A stretch of 64,000 bases of DNA from Octopus vulgaris (lineage: Eukaryota), in contig OX597824.1 of NCBI GenBank assembly GCA_951406725.2, positions 11,222,001-11,286,000 of the forward strand, read 5' to 3'. Made by a program: the position numbers and the translations under genes. Every line of letters starts with the position of its first letter. The first letter of the stretch is position 1. The notes beneath the pieces are model-generated. The model ran no database searches. It had not been told where the DNA came from and worked only from the letters and a program-made list of their open reading frames with translations. Of this stretch, positions 1 through 13,666 are shown piece after piece.

Positions 1-122
1 CACTTGTCAAACACCTCATGGAACCATGTGTGTGTGGGTGTTAGCTGACAAACTAATATCAAAGTAAGAATTAATATTTATACAGTTTATCATATGATTT
101 CATTAGACTGCAGCCAGTAACG

Positions 123-166
<44 letters not shown>

Positions 167-312
167 GAATTTACAAAAAAATAAAAGACGGGTGTGTAAA
201 CAGTAAACAGATGTTTAACGCTCGGGAAGTGAGGGAATCTTTGTTTCGAGCCTACGCTCTTCGACAGAAAGGAACACAGAAATAAACACATATATATACA
301 TATATATATGTA

Positions 313-360
<48 letters not shown>

Positions 361-729
361 CTAAAATCTTCGACATCGATTTTATTCTATCCAAGATATT
401 AGTCATAATAAGCGCCAATTTGAGACAGAAAACGGATAAATAGCTGACTGACGGAATTCGAACCCAAGCAAGCAATAGGCATCTCACTGGGTCCGTTATT
501 TGTTGCTTTTTATCTCTGGTTGGTGCTTATAGCATATAAAACACACACACACATACATACATACATACATACATACGCGCGCGCGAGATGGTGTGTGTAT
601 AGGAATTCATAGGTATAAATATCTATTAAAAAAATGCAGGGCTATTTGATTAAATAACTTCAGGAAGAAAAGTAAAACGCCAGCAATAATAATTGATAAT
701 GAATGTATAAAGAAATAAAAGAAAAATAC

Positions 730-1317
730 CCTTTTTCGACGCGACTTCAATTTCTTATCGATTTTGGCGGAAGACGGAGTAATTTCTTCGATTGGGACTT
801 CGACATCTGGAGATGTCTGGCATTGCTTGATATGGTCGGAGCTTCCTTTATGTTCGGAAGTTGCTGTACATTCTAAGTTTACACTTTGGTAACCGACTTG
901 ACCTAGCACTTCGATTTTATCTGCTTCTTCTTGAACATGATGGTAAGACGGTCTCTTTGCAGAGAGTGCATTTTTAATATCCGTAATTGTAGAATTCTTT
1001 GTGGGGGTGATGGAAGATGGATATGCTATCGGAAAGTCCGAACGATGAAAGCCAGCATCAGGTTCATCAAACCCTTGTCTCATGGACATCGCGGAAACAG
1101 AGGAATTAGGTGTTTTGTTTTCAATCCTGTTAACATTTGGGGGTTCGTTGGAGATAGAGGTATCGGTAACACTAGCACAGTAAACGCCTGTTGTTGACAT
1201 CTCTACTTCACTTTCATCACAGATTTCTTTCAGTTTCGAATACGGTGCGCGATTCCAAACAGGCCTAATGTATCTTTTGTGGAAACCTACAGCCGTATCC
1301 CAGATTTTATGCCACAT
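730..1317 (-). CDS. Probable first coding exon of an unidentified gene (MWHKIWDTAVGFHKRYIRPVW...KKLKSRRKR), continuing left
   Basis: ATG at 1317; 196 non-repetitive codons; AGG|GTATTT donor at 730/729, after which the sequence turns T-rich. Product not recognised and no downstream exon identified. Confidence 0.6.
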
Positions 1318-2199
1318 TATAAAATATGAAGGGTCAAGTTAAGCAATGCATTGAATGGTTATTAGATTTCAGCACAAAGAAAAGTCAGCAGCGAACTCGA
1401 AATGGCAAAAAAAGACTGAAAATATTTTTTGTTAAAATGCGTGTTTTACTGTCGTCTTCCCAGCTAATTACAACAAAAACAGGTGAAAGGAGATCAAATC
1501 CTGTGCATGTAATCCACCTGTAACTCCGATTGTTGACTCAATAGCGAAAAACCAATTAATACAACCATAAATATAATGTTCTCTCTTTATCTTCTAATTA
1601 ACAATTTTCTCTCACACCATTTAGAGATATAAATTGCGAGAATGAATTAAGGTAAATAAATAACAGGTGTGACGTAGAGGGTAAAATCAATGAATACACA
1701 CAAACCAATTAGTATGACAATCCACGTGCTTTAAGAAAAAAGGAAGATTGAAAAAAAATTGTTGGGGGGAGGGGAAGAAATCGACTGCTATCTTTGTTGA
1801 CTATTTTCCCTTCTTTCATGTAAAAAATGCTTCCACTGATATTTTTTCTGCTGTATTTATGTGCGCGAGTTTGTCTGTGGCGAGGCTTCGCTTACTTTAA
1901 CAGCGATCTCAAAAATATAGAAGATGGTAATGTCTTCGACTTAAAAATGTATAGAAATCACACATATATGTAGATATATATCTATCGCTTTCTTCTTCTT
2001 CTGTAGGAACACAAATAAATATAGATTTACAAAATGTTGTGATGAGAAGCAAGTGAGGTAAAATGTAATGTGTGTTGGTGTGGCAGTAGTCGAAAAAAGA
2101 TTACAATGTCCTGCTAGTACCAGCTCCGCCGCCGCCGCCGCCAACACAACACTGCTACATATGTTAACTAGACATGTAAGCCACACCCACCTCTCACAT

Positions 2200-2531
2200 A
2201 CCATCACCACCACTACCACCACTACTAACCACTACTACTACTACTACTAACTACTACTAACTACTACTACTACTACTACTACTACTGCTACTACTACTAC
2301 TACTACTGCTGCTGCTACTACTACTACTACTACTACTACTAATAATAATAATAATGATTAATAATAATAATAATTGATGGCATGCACTGCTCTCTCAATA
2401 ATAATAATAATGATAATAATAATAATAATAATAATAATTAATAATAATAATAATAATAATTGATGGCATGCACTGCCCTCTCTCTCTAATAATAATAATA
2501 ATAATAATTAATAATTAATAATAATAATAAT

Positions 2532-2580
<49 letters not shown>

Positions 2581-2622
2581 TGATGACATGCACTGCCCTC
2601 TCTCTCTCTCTCTCTATCTATC

Positions 2623-2657
<35 letters not shown>

Positions 2658-2672
2658 GTAATAATGATAAAT
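2200..2672. repeat. (ACT)n/(AAT)n microsatellites with three embedded copies of TAATTGATGGCATGCACTGC(C)CTCTC
   Basis: Direct reading. Confidence 0.9.
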
Positions 2673-3008
2673 AATACTGAGCTATAGCATAGCCGATGTT
2701 TATCAACAGGTACACATCGCGAAAGTCGGCTAAATAGATTCAAGGTTCAGAGACAAAAAACAGAATAAATAGATAAATAAACCCGAGTGTACTGTTAACA
2801 TCACTCGTGAGTATTTGCCACCCCTCCTCTGGCACCCACCCTTCTGCAGATAGACCTGTTATTTATCATTATTACCACTGTTGTTAGTTATGTATTATTA
2901 GAAACTGCAAGAAAGGGAACCTGAAATATATATATATATTCTGCTGCTTTTATTCGTTTTGCTTTCTTCTTTCTTTCATACAATTCTCTCAACTCGTGAA
3001 CACATTGT

Positions 3009-3135
3009 ATCTATCTATCTATCTATCTATTTGTCTGTCTATCTATCTATCTGTCTCTCTCTCTCTCTATCTGTCTATCTATCTATCTATCTATCTGTCT
3101 GTCTGTCTGTCTGTCTCTCTCTATCTGTCTATCTG

Positions 3136-3213
<78 letters not shown>

Positions 3214-3366
3214 GTCTCAGTCTCTCTCTCTCTCTCTATCTGTCTGTCTGTCTATCTGTCTCTATCTATCTATCTATCTATCTGTCTGTCTGTCTGTCTA
3301 TCTATCTGTCTCTCTCTCTCTCTCTATCTATCTATCTGTCTATCTGTCTATCTATCTATCTATCTG

Positions 3367-3417
<51 letters not shown>

Positions 3418-3450
3418 GTCTCTGTCTATCTGTCTGTCTATCTGTCTCTG

Positions 3451-3511
<61 letters not shown>

Positions 3512-3545
3512 GTCTGTCTGTCTGTCTATCTATCTGTCTATCTGT
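3009..3545. repeat. (TATC/TGTC)n microsatellite
   Basis: Direct reading. Confidence 0.95.
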
Positions 3546-5459
3546 AATGCGTGTGAACACAGTGTATATTTGCTGACATAATCTTAAAAATTGCTAATAA
3601 TTTTCAGCAACGATATATATATATATATATAAATGAGAAGAGGTCTGTGTTTACGTGAAATTGTTCATCACTTAGCCTTAAGGCGCGCACACGCACACAC
3701 ATGACACCTTTTTTGCACAATTTTTTTTTTTCATGTAAAAATAGCAAAGCATGCATTATATTATCCATCAGACGTGTTTTGTTTATATCAAGACTGTGTT
3801 TTTATTTATTTATCTTATTTATAATCACGCTGGTTTTTTTCAGTGTTATTTTCATCTTCTGTCTGCACTAGGCCATGCTAAGAAGAGATGGAAAAATGAG
3901 TTGATGTGATATTTATGTTTTAACATCGTAAATAACGAAGCGATTCCAAAGAACTGGAACCTGCCACTGTTTCCGCTTTACCGTTAACGTACCCCGGTAC
4001 CTAGTGACAGTTCGTTCACTCACCGATCGTATAGGAAGAACAGGCAATACCTATTATATTGTGTTCGATAATTTTGCATTACAACAATTCAAATCTTGCT
4101 AATATTACCATAAAATAAATTAACAACAACCAGCTCTCACAGTCTTCATATCGAAAAATCTCAATTGATGACAGACACATCTTTTTTTTCTTTTTAATGA
4201 CATATCTAATAATGAACAGAAATAATTGGGAAGTGGGTTAATCGAGTGGTCGAATACATGGGATAGTTTTAAATGCTTCATGACAATGTTAGGTTACAAA
4301 ATATGTTGTGGCTTCAAATTTCACCGCGGTTGTATTTGCCTTATAAACCCACTCAAAGTTCGATAAAATATAGTTATGCACTAAGGACGATTCACTCTGC
4401 TGTATCGCGCCCGTCTGTAATATATGAGTGGTCTTGTGACAATATGAGAAATATTTATATTGATATTTTTGTTGTGGTGGTCGTTGTTATGTAACCCCAA
4501 CAGTATTACGGTATTACGGGCAGAGACGAACGACTTAGCTGCGCCCCACATACAGATCCGCATTTTCCTCACAGCGTAGAGGGTAAGGTAAGCTTTTGTG
4601 AACCAACAGGGCAATCCTATGTTCTGTCGCTCGATACTCCAGAAACAGCAACCAAATTCCCTCGAATCATCTCCTACCGTCTTAAAATAAGAAGGATACA
4701 CTGATCAATATACTCAGGTATAATCAAGGCCTGTAGGTCTACTTCATCATAGTTGACCTGGGGGTAAACAACAATAGCAAGTTGGTTTTCTGCAAGACCC
4801 TTTGCAAACAGGTTTCAATCCTCGCTTAAGGCTGTTTCTTTCCGTTATTGCACTTACGCCGAAAATTGGAGAAAAGAATGGATGTCACAACCCTTTAGCT
4901 CTGAAATTAAATTTCGTGGTTGTTCAAGTAACGATATTAAATATTTACCGAAAAAGAAAATATTAAAATTGGTATTTTCTGCAAGTCATGTTGTCTCAAT
5001 AAACTTGACAAGTCTCAACAAAAAATTGTTTCAAACATAACATTCCCCAACAAAATATAGTTTGTTATATAAAACTGCTTTCCGCAGCTGACGGTAATAA
5101 ATTTTTGTGGATACATTTAATTTCCGCAATAAAAGGAAGTTCTGCCTCTCTAAAAGTACAGTACATTTGTGTTGTCAAAAACAAATTACAATTTATTCAT
5201 CTGACAAAGTAGAAACTCATAGCAAAGTACAGGATTACTGAGTGTTTAATTTACTTGTTAAATTCGATTAGGGGTGTCTATCAGATTGAGTAAAAAGTAA
5301 GCAACGTTTTGAACCATGAAGGACTTGTACCGGATTTTTGCAGAGTTTTGAATATTTTAAAACAATTTTTTGCAATTGCCTGATAATACAGAGACTGGCT
5401 CAAATGCTTCAATAAATTAACATCGATATTTTTTTTCCACCGTCACTACACTCATCTAA

Positions 5460-6245
5460 GGCGGCGAGCTGACAGAAACGTTAGCATGCCGGGCGAAATG
5501 CGTAGCTATATTTCGTCTGCCGCTACGTTCTGAGTTCAAATTCCGCCGAGGTCGACTTTGCCTTTCATCCTATCGGGGTCGATAAATTAAGTACCAGGTA
5601 CCAGTTACGCACTGAGGTCGATGTAATCGACTTAATCCGTTTGTTTTGTCCTTGTTTGTCCCCTCTATGTTTAGCCCCTTGTGGGTAGTAAAGAAATAGG
5701 TATTTCGTCTGCCGTTACGTTCTGAGTTCAAATTCCGCCGAGGTCGACTTTGCCTTTCATCCTATCGGGGTTGATAAATTAAGTACCAGGTATCAGTTAC
5801 GCACTGAGGTCGATGTAATCGACTTAATCCGTTTGTTTTGTCCTTGTTTGTCCCCTCTATGTTTAGCCCCTTGTGGGTAATAAAGAAATAGGTATTTCGT
5901 CTGCCGTTACGTTCTGAGTTCAAATTCCGCCGAGGTCGACTTTGCCTTTCATCCTATCGGGGTCGATAAATTAAGTACCAGTAACACACTGAGGTCGATG
6001 TAATCGACTTAATCCGTTTGTTTTGTCCTTGTTTGTCCCCTCTGTGTTTAGCCCCTTGTGGGTAGTAAAGAAATAGGTATTTCATCTGTCTTTACGTTCT
6101 GAGTTCAAATTCCGCTGAGGTCGACTTTACCTTTCATCCTTTCGGGGTCGATAAATTAAGTACCAGTTGCGTACTGGGATCGATCTAATCGGCTGGGTCC
6201 CTCTCTAAAAATCTCGGGCCTTGTGGCTTGACCAGAAAAGATTAT
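5460..6245 (+). mobile_element. tRNA-derived SINE family A, four-unit tandem array
   Basis: Head GGCGGCGAGCTG.CAGAAACGTTAG, B box GAGTTCAAATTCC, core GCCTTTCATCCT.TCGGGGTCGATAAATTAAGTACCAG (resembles Deu/Nin domain). Units restart at 5699, 5891 and 6076; the last unit has a different tail. Confidence 0.9.
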
Positions 6246-6386
6246 TACGATCATCTGGAATGCTGCACGAAATGTGCCGATTGTGAACTATTTGAGATTT
6301 GTTCTCCTCGCTTTTTGAGTTGGACGCGGGGTTTCAGAAAACTTATTAAGCTGCTTGTTGTTTTAAGTGCGTTATATTGTTGAACT

Positions 6387-6771
6387 GTGGAGGCGCAATG
6401 GCCCAGTGGTTAGGGCAGCGGACTCGCGGTCGTAGGATCGCGGTTTCGATTCCCAGACCGGGCGTTGTGAGTGTTTATTGAGCGAAAACACCTAAAGCTC
6501 CACGAGGCTCCGGCAGGGGATGGTGGTGATCCCTGCTGTACTCTTTCACCACAACTTTCTCTCACTCTTACTTCCTGTTTCTGTTGTACCTGTATTTCAA
6601 AGGGCCGGCCTTGTCACTCCCTGTGTCACGCTGAATATCCCCGAGAACGACGTTAAGGGTACACGTGCCTGTGAAGTGCTCAGCCACTTACACGTTAATT
6701 TCACGAGCAGGCTGTTCCGTTGATCGGATCAACCGGAACCCTCATCGTCGTAACCGACGGAGTGCTTCCAC
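6387..6771 (+). mobile_element. tRNA(Arg-like)-derived SINE family C, full length
   Basis: A box TGGCCCAGTGG, B box GGTTTCGATTCC; 13-bp TSD ATATTGTTGAACT at 6374-6386 and 6772-6784. Confidence 0.9.
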
Positions 6772-6785
6772 ATATTGTTGAACTC

Positions 6786-7186
6786 TCTTACTCTTTACTC
6801 TTTTACTTGTTTCTGTCATTTGACTGTGGCCATGCTAGAGCACCGCCTTTAGTCGAGCAAATCGAACCCAGGGCTTATTCTTTGTAAGCCTTGTACTTAT
6901 TCTATCGGTCTCTTTTGCCGAACCGCTAAGTTACGGGGACGTAAACACACCAGCATCGGTTGTCAAGCGATGTTGGTGGGGGACAAACACAGACACACAT
7001 ACATATATATATACATATATACGGCGGGCTTCCTTTCAGTTTCCGTCTACCAAATCCACTCACAAAGCTTTGGTCAGCCCGAGGCTATAGCAGAAGACAC
7101 TTGCCCAAGGTGCCAGGCAATGGGACTGAACCCGGAACCATGTGGTTGGTAAGCAAGCTACTTACTACACAGCCACTCCTACGCCA
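6786..7186 (-). mobile_element. SINE family B (CORE-like GGCACCTTGGGCAAGTG, AAAGAGT tail)
   Basis: Similar to copies at 12.3k, 17.2k, 17.6k, 39.6k and 52.4k. Confidence 0.85.
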
Positions 7187-7320
7187 ATAAACTGTCGTGT
7201 TTTTAAAAAACACATCGTTTTTCCCGCGCGAGCGGGACTGTTGTTACCGTCCCCCTTGTTTGAAGGGGGAAGCGTTGTTTAACCTTTAAAATGCAATAAG
7301 ATAATATCAGTACGTCCGAC

Positions 7321-8022
7321 ATGGCCTTGTCGGAGGAAGAGTTGGAGAGATGCTTAATCAATATAGAGAAGGAGCTGGCGAGGAGAAGAGGGGAAACCGA
7401 TTTGAAAAGTGGTAAAAGTTTTGCAGGCGTGACCGGAGTTAAGAAGGAAGGAAGGAATTTTTATATGTAGGAGTTTAATGAAAATGGAGGAGTACGAGGT
7501 GGTACTGACTCCTTCCCAGTGAAGTAACGAAAGAAACAGAGAGAAAAACAGTGGTATTCAAATCATTTTCAAAGAGAGAGAAATAGGTAGAGATTGCGGA
7601 GAGAAAAGAAATCGAGAAGTGTTTGGCATCCATCTGGCCGGAAATAACTTACCTGACCAGGGTTGCCAAATATTCCACAGTGGAAGTGAGTTTCTCATCA
7701 GAGGAAAAGACCAGGCAACACTCCGTGGCCTCATTGTCTTCGGACAATATCATCCTCCTACTCTCCTACTTTGGAAGACGGGCATCCAAGGTGAGGGTAG
7801 AAGAGATACCTCCAGAGGTGGATGTTGCCTGGTTAGCGGTGACAATTCTATTGGGCCTGGAGGAGAAGGTAACAATCCTCCATGCCGTGAGAATACTTGA
7901 AAGGAAATGGCTGGAGCAAGGTCTGGAAATGGTCATCCAGGCTACCCCAGGAGACCTAAATGCTATCACAGGTACCATTGTGGTGGGTAATAGGAAATTA
8001 AGGGTAATGGTGGAAGGCAGAA
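7321..8022 (+). pseudogene. Degenerate, 3'-truncated non-LTR ORF1 related to the 46394 ORF
   Basis: SFAGVTG, KTVVF, EIEKCL, SYFGRRASKVRVEEIPPEV..WLA and VMVEGR align with TYAGVTG, KTVTY, EIEKCL, SYKGRRGVRVKIPNIPPEI..WLA and VIVEGR; stops and a frameshift present. Confidence 0.85.
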
Positions 8023-8377
8023 CGTGTTATTGCTTAACCGGACATAAGCTGGGGTTTGATCAACTCTGGTTGGGTGGCGTAGGTAAGGGTATTTGATGAT
8101 TGAAGGACCCAAACACCCAAGTAACAACCAATGACGATGTATCCAAGTGTAAGACAAGATGATGTATGAAAAAAAACCTATACGTGAATGATAAAGACTA
8201 CACTTCCAAACCATCAAAGACTTCAAGCAGCCAAAACTTAAAAGAAGACGAAGGTTAACTGCATTTAATGAAAGCAGAAGGAATAGGTGGTGTGATTGGT
8301 ATCACTGAAAATCTTTCAGTCCTAGAACGCTGATTCTGTTCCCGTGATCAGCTATACTGTAGAGCAACTTACAGAAA

Positions 8378-8768
8378 TCTCTCTCTATATTGAGCTGAAG
8401 TTGTCTGTGTATGGCAGGTTTGGTAGCCTTCAGCTAACGCTATCTCCTCCGAGACCCTGCGGCGCAAGTTGACCAAAATTGAGAGTATGATAGAAGAAGG
8501 CTTGCTCTTCATTCCGTACAAGAAAAAATTCAAATCGGACCATGTTAACACCAAAAATTATTTACATCAGAAAGGTGCTTTTCTCTATGAAAATCCCTAT
8601 TTTTTACGATCTTTTGACTGCTGTGTCGCCACTTTTCGGTGTATTTCAACCAGAAAAATGTTCACTTAAAGAGAATAACAAGCTACATAATGCAAAAGTT
8701 TTACTTTTCAAAAATTCCAATTCTAAAGGGTCGAAACAAACCCGAGCAACGCCGGGCGATACTGCTAG
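8378..8768 (+). mobile_element. Non-autonomous Helitron, copy 1
   Basis: A|TC 5' end, 3' hairpin CCCGAGCAACGCCGGG, CTAG|T end; close copies at 11505 and 43914. Confidence 0.85.
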
Positions 8769-10679
8769 TAATTGATAGAGATAGATGATGTTGAAGAGTT
8801 TTACCATCATGAAGAAAGAAATGTTTCTCAACACTGTTTTTAGAGTCATTTTACGGATCCGTTGAATGTCATTTTGAGCGTAGAACATTTTTTAGGCAAA
8901 CTTGCGCACACCTGGTAACACTAGATAATAAAGTGTGTGGTGATGTATCTGGTTTATTCTATCCATATTTTAGAATCAAGGGGCAAGAACAATATAACTT
9001 CCAGAAAAAACGTAATTGGCAAAAATTAAATGCTTTTTAAGGGCCATACAAGAAAAATAAGCTGCCGCTTTGTCTACTTATCAGAAATCTTAATTGAAGA
9101 CATAACTAAGAAAAAACAAAAATATTGCAGACAAGCATAATGCAATCTTGAATAGATAAGCATGTGTTGCACCGAGGAGCTGTGGCGAAAATTTTGCCAT
9201 GAATCTTCTTCATATCTACCTACACTCTCTTTTGACGAGTCAACTTCTGCACCGAATCACATTTGTTGACATGCATTGGAAACTAATCCAGTTAACGATT
9301 TAAGTGGAGATGAGGTCTTATCGACACTAGGTACTTATGAGTTCGTTCTTATTGATCGTAGAGCACTGATTCACACTCTACGTGGAACAACAATTCAGAG
9401 AAGTCTCGTAAATATTTCGTTCAAGTTCTTTACCCAAGGATCCAACATGATTTTAAAAAAGCGTCGAGAGTAGATAGATATTGTCTGAGATCAGTACCAC
9501 ACATTGATATCATAAACATAATATCTGGGTGAATAAATAAATGTAAATCATTAATTATATACTTGCAGATCTTCATTTGAAAGAAAATAATTCTAAATAT
9601 TTCGTTTTTGGATTTGGTATGCAAGATTCTTTATATGAGTTCGTGTGTTGAAGCATTTCAGTAGTCTTGACTATTGAAAAGGTTGCAAGACGCAACGAAA
9701 ATTTTAGGAAAATAAAATAAGAAATAAGTGGAAATTTTACCGGTGAGTGTGTTACATTATAAAGCACAAAAAGAAAATGACTCTCCCCAGACACAACAGA
9801 ATTCTAAATATGTTTCAGAAAAGATCATCAATTCAAAAGTTAGAACCGTTTGAATACTATTACTTTCCTTGAAAACAATATCTTATGCACTTCCTCTGGG
9901 CCTCGCATGCCCTCCATTGGACAACTCTGTTCGAAATTGTAACTGAGGCTGTATCTTAAATGCAATACCAACAGTTAAATTTGCATATAAATTTGAAATG
10001 AAAAACTGCAATTTTCGAAATTCGATACTCCGCTTAATACCACAAAGTCAAATTTAATCGATAAATTAAACACTCAGCTGTGACGTTTAATGCCTCACTA
10101 TAAGTTTTTATTTTATCTGATAAATAAACAGCTGTTCCTTTTAGAACACAAATAAACTACACCTTTATAAAGGGAAAGTTAATCAGATATTGTAACAATC
10201 ATTTTCCCCCCACAATAAGCAGCATCAGTGTAGTAGTGGAAATGGATGTGCTCAAAAGCGGCTTGCAAAACATCCTACAGAAAGTCAACTTGTTATTAGT
10301 CCCAAGTCAATCACATTGGAATAGACTTATTTCAGTCTTGAAATACTATGTGTTACTACTATTTTAAGACGGTGATAAATGATTTGAGGGCATTTAGTTG
10401 CTATACCTAGCATGTCAAGCGACTTAATATGGGGTCCACCGTTCTCTCACAACAGCTTTCTATTTTTGTCTGTATTGTCATGAAAAAGCGGATCTGTGTG
10501 ACGCAACTAGGTCTTTCAGCTGTGTGTTTTCTATAGGACTGGCCAATCAGATCTGAGCCGGGATTACATGACAACGTGCTTAGATAGCAATATAAATATG
10601 AATTTCTCGTATTGTTACGAGACCACGTATCTATTATGTGTGACAGGCGGACGGTGGGAATATAGTTAAGTAATGAGAA

Positions 10680-11279
10680 GGCGGCGAGCTGGCAGAAACG
10701 TTAGCGCGCCGGGCGAAATGCTTAGCGGTATTTCGTCTGCCGTTACGTTGTAAGTTCAAATTCCGCCGAGGTCGACTTTGCCTTTCATCCTTTCGAGATC
10801 GATTAAATAAGTACCAGTTACATTCTGGGGTCGATGTAATCGACTTAACCCGCGTGTCTGTCCTTGTTTGTCCCCTCTATGTTTAGCCCCTTGTGGGTAG
10901 TAAAGAAATAGGTATTTCGTCTGCCGTTATGTGTTCTGAGTTCAAATTCTGCCGAGGTCGACTTTGCCTTTCATCCTTTCGGAGTCGATTAAATAAGTAC
11001 CAGTTACGCACTGGGGTCGATATAATCGACTTAATCCGTTTGTCTGTCCTTGTTTGTCCCCTCTATGTTTAGCCCCTTGTGGGTAGTAAAGAAATAGGTA
11101 TTTCGTCTGCCGTTATGTGTTCTGAGTTCAAATTCTGCCGAGGTCGACTTTGCCTTTCATCCTTTCGGAGTCGATTAAATAAGTACCAGTTACGCACTGG
11201 GGTCGATATAATCGACTTAATCCGTTTGTCTGTCCTTGTTTGTCCCCTCTATGTTTAGCCCCTTGTGGGTAGTAAAGAA
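10680..11279 (+). mobile_element. SINE family A, three-unit array
   Basis: Units restart at 10911 and 11097; one TSD GAATATAGTTAAGTA (10658-10672, 11282-11296) brackets the array. Confidence 0.9.
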
Positions 11280-11504
11280 TTGAATATAGTTAAGTAGAGA
11301 ATTATCATTAGTATATAACGATATTTGTTCTAGTAAACTCGAAGGGTATACAGTAAATTCAGCTCTGGTCAAATTTGCAGTCATAACGTTTAGGAACCTA
11401 ATGAACATTACAACAAAACATTTAAAACTATTCCATATATTCAACCACTCAAGTAACCTTTATTTCTATTCTTTATTAGATGTGTCTATCATAAATTGGC
11501 ACAA

Positions 11505-11896
11505 TCTCTCTATATATAAAGCTGAAGTTGTCTGTGTATGGCAGGTTTGGTAGCCTTCAACTAACGCTATCTCCTCCGAGACCCTGCGGCGCAAGTTGAC
11601 CAAAATTGAGAGTATGATAGAAGAAGGCTTGCTCTTCCTTCCGTAGAAGATAAAATTCAAATTGGACCATGTTAACACCAAAAATTATTTACATCAAAAA
11701 GGTGCTTTTTTTCTATGAAAATCCCTATTTTTAACGATTTTTTTTACTGCTGTACGCCATTTTTTGGTGTATTTCAACCAGAAAATTGTTCACTTAAAGA
11801 GAATAACAGGCTACATAATGCAAAATTTTTACTTTTCAAAAATTCCAATTCTAAAGGGTCGAAACAAACCCGAGCAACGCCGGGCGATACTGCTAG
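11505..11896 (+). mobile_element. Non-autonomous Helitron, copy 2
   Basis: Same termini and body as 8378-8768. Confidence 0.85.
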
Positions 11897-11959
11897 TTCT
11901 GTATAAAAAAAAGTGTGCTCACATTCTCGTAATGTGAGTTACCTATCAAAATATAATAG

Positions 11960-12240
11960 ATATAGTACTTCTCAACCACTTTCAACATAAATATTCATTC
12001 TTGATGCTTTTCCAGTACCTATCATCAATGACTTAATATATACTATACCGCAGCATTTATATTTTAACGCGGTCGAAATGAAACATGACTGTCATAAAAC
12101 TACCATTATCAATTAAAGGGCGTCCTTTGGATTCAAGACGACAATTTGGTCTTACGAGTGGTGTGGAATATTTTCACCGAATCATGAACCAAAGTACCTC
12201 ACAATATAATCATGAATCTACACACACGTATTTAAATGAA
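11960..12240 (+). pseudogene. Highly decayed Ty3/gypsy reverse-transcriptase fragment
   Basis: ILDAFPVPIINDL ... QFGLTSGVEYFHRIMN resemble the gypsy RT motifs DAYPLP.I.DL and PFGL.N....FQR.MN. Confidence 0.6.
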
Positions 12241-12279
12241 TCTTTGGATCTTTTACTTTTTTCAGACGTTAGACGGCGG

Positions 12280-12626
12280 CCATGCTGGATGCATCGCCTT
12301 GAAAGATTCAGTCGAACAAATCGACACCAACTCTCAATTTTTTTTTTAAGTCTGGGAGTTATTCTATCGGTCTTTTTTTGCTGAACCACTAAGTAATGGG
12401 GTATACAAAAAATTCCAAAAGCCTGTTGGCAAGTGGTGGTGGGGAAACAAACACGAACACGCGCACACACATACATACGACGAGTTTCTCTTAGTTTCTG
12501 TCTACCAAATACTCACGACGTTGGCTCGGGGTTATAGAAGTCGCTTCCCCAAGGTGCCATGTAGTGAGACTGAACCTGGAACCATGTGGTTGGGAAGCAA
12601 GCTTCTTACCACATAGTCATGCCTGT
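12280..12626 (-). mobile_element. SINE family B
   Basis: Similar to 6786-7186. Confidence 0.8.
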
Positions 12627-12676
12627 ATGCAATTTCTCCAATGAAGATCTTAACAAAAATTTAATGTCAAGCAAAC

Positions 12677-12908
12677 CTATTTCTTTACTACCTACAAGGG
12701 GCTAAACACAGAGAGGACAAACAAGGACAGACAAGCGGATTAAGTCGATTATATCGACCCCAGTGCATAACTGGTACTTAATTTATCGACCCCGAAAGGA
12801 TGAAAGGCAAAGTCAACCTCGGCAGAATTTGAACTCGGAACGTAGCAGCAGACGAAATACCGCTTAGCATTTCGCCCGGTGTGCTAACGTTTCTGCAGAT
12901 TGCCTCCT
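12677..12908 (-). mobile_element. SINE family A monomer
   Basis: Head and tail present; TSD-like AGCAAAC(C)TAT on both sides. Confidence 0.85.
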
Positions 12909-13666
12909 TTAGCAAACTATGATCAAAAGTGTTCCAACCAGGACCTCCTTGACTTTGCACAATATCTGGGAATTCATTATCTAATGTGTCTTTCCCTTTC
13001 TCAAAACAACAGAAGACTTAGCTGCTATTTTTAGCATGTCGAGTGACCCCAGAGTAATCTCCTTGTTATTGTTGTTGGCGGTGGTGGTGGTTCGATAGTG
13101 ATGACTTTTGTTTATCATCAAGATTACAGAAAAGATAGATTTTCCATTTTGACTGTTTCACATCGATTTTCTTTTTTTTTTTTGACCATGTGAGCAAGTG
13201 GTTTTATAGCTGAATGTCCACTTATCAAGCTTAATTAACTGAACAATGCTCACATAAAAATGCACTCACATATATATGCATTTATTCATACATACTCAAA
13301 TGTGTGTGTGCGTGTGTGTGTGTGTGTGTGTGTATGGTGGTGGTGGTGCTGGTGCTGGTTGAGGTATTTTCATGTACTTATAAGTTTAAAAATATATAAC
13401 CTTGTTCAAAAATGTTTGGTATTTCCCCAAGTTCCCTGCAAAATATTGTAAGGGAGTAGAAAGACTAATTTTAGATTTATTAGCTTTCATCAACTTTTGC
13501 TGAAGTCTGCTGCTTTGCCATGAAATAATGGCTTACAGCTGCAAAGAAAATGCTACTAACCTCCAAGGTTCTTTCCTCATCTTGATTACTAATCATCATC
13601 TTGCATCTGTTTTTCCATGCTTGCATGGATCGGATGGGGCTTATTTAGCACAGCACCTCACCACTT

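Noticed and set aside
170-275. Hammerhead-like motif (minus UCGAAGA..GAAAC)
   Set aside because: Core and cleavage triplet degenerate; at most a Penelope-type relic
1924-2057. ATG|GT intron plus plus-strand exon
   Set aside because: Spliced product is MEHK*
2959-3576. Long YLSI, IYIY, CVCV and HTHT ORFs here and at 19.6k, 32-34k, 51.5k and 59k
   Set aside because: Microsatellite translations
5699-6076. Retrozyme explanation for SINE A arrays
   Set aside because: No hammerhead core found in the unit on either strand
6389-6465. tRNA gene
   Set aside because: SINE head continuing into a SINE body with TSD; no proper acceptor stem or terminator
9000-9900. Possible decayed transposase
   Set aside because: No convincing motif
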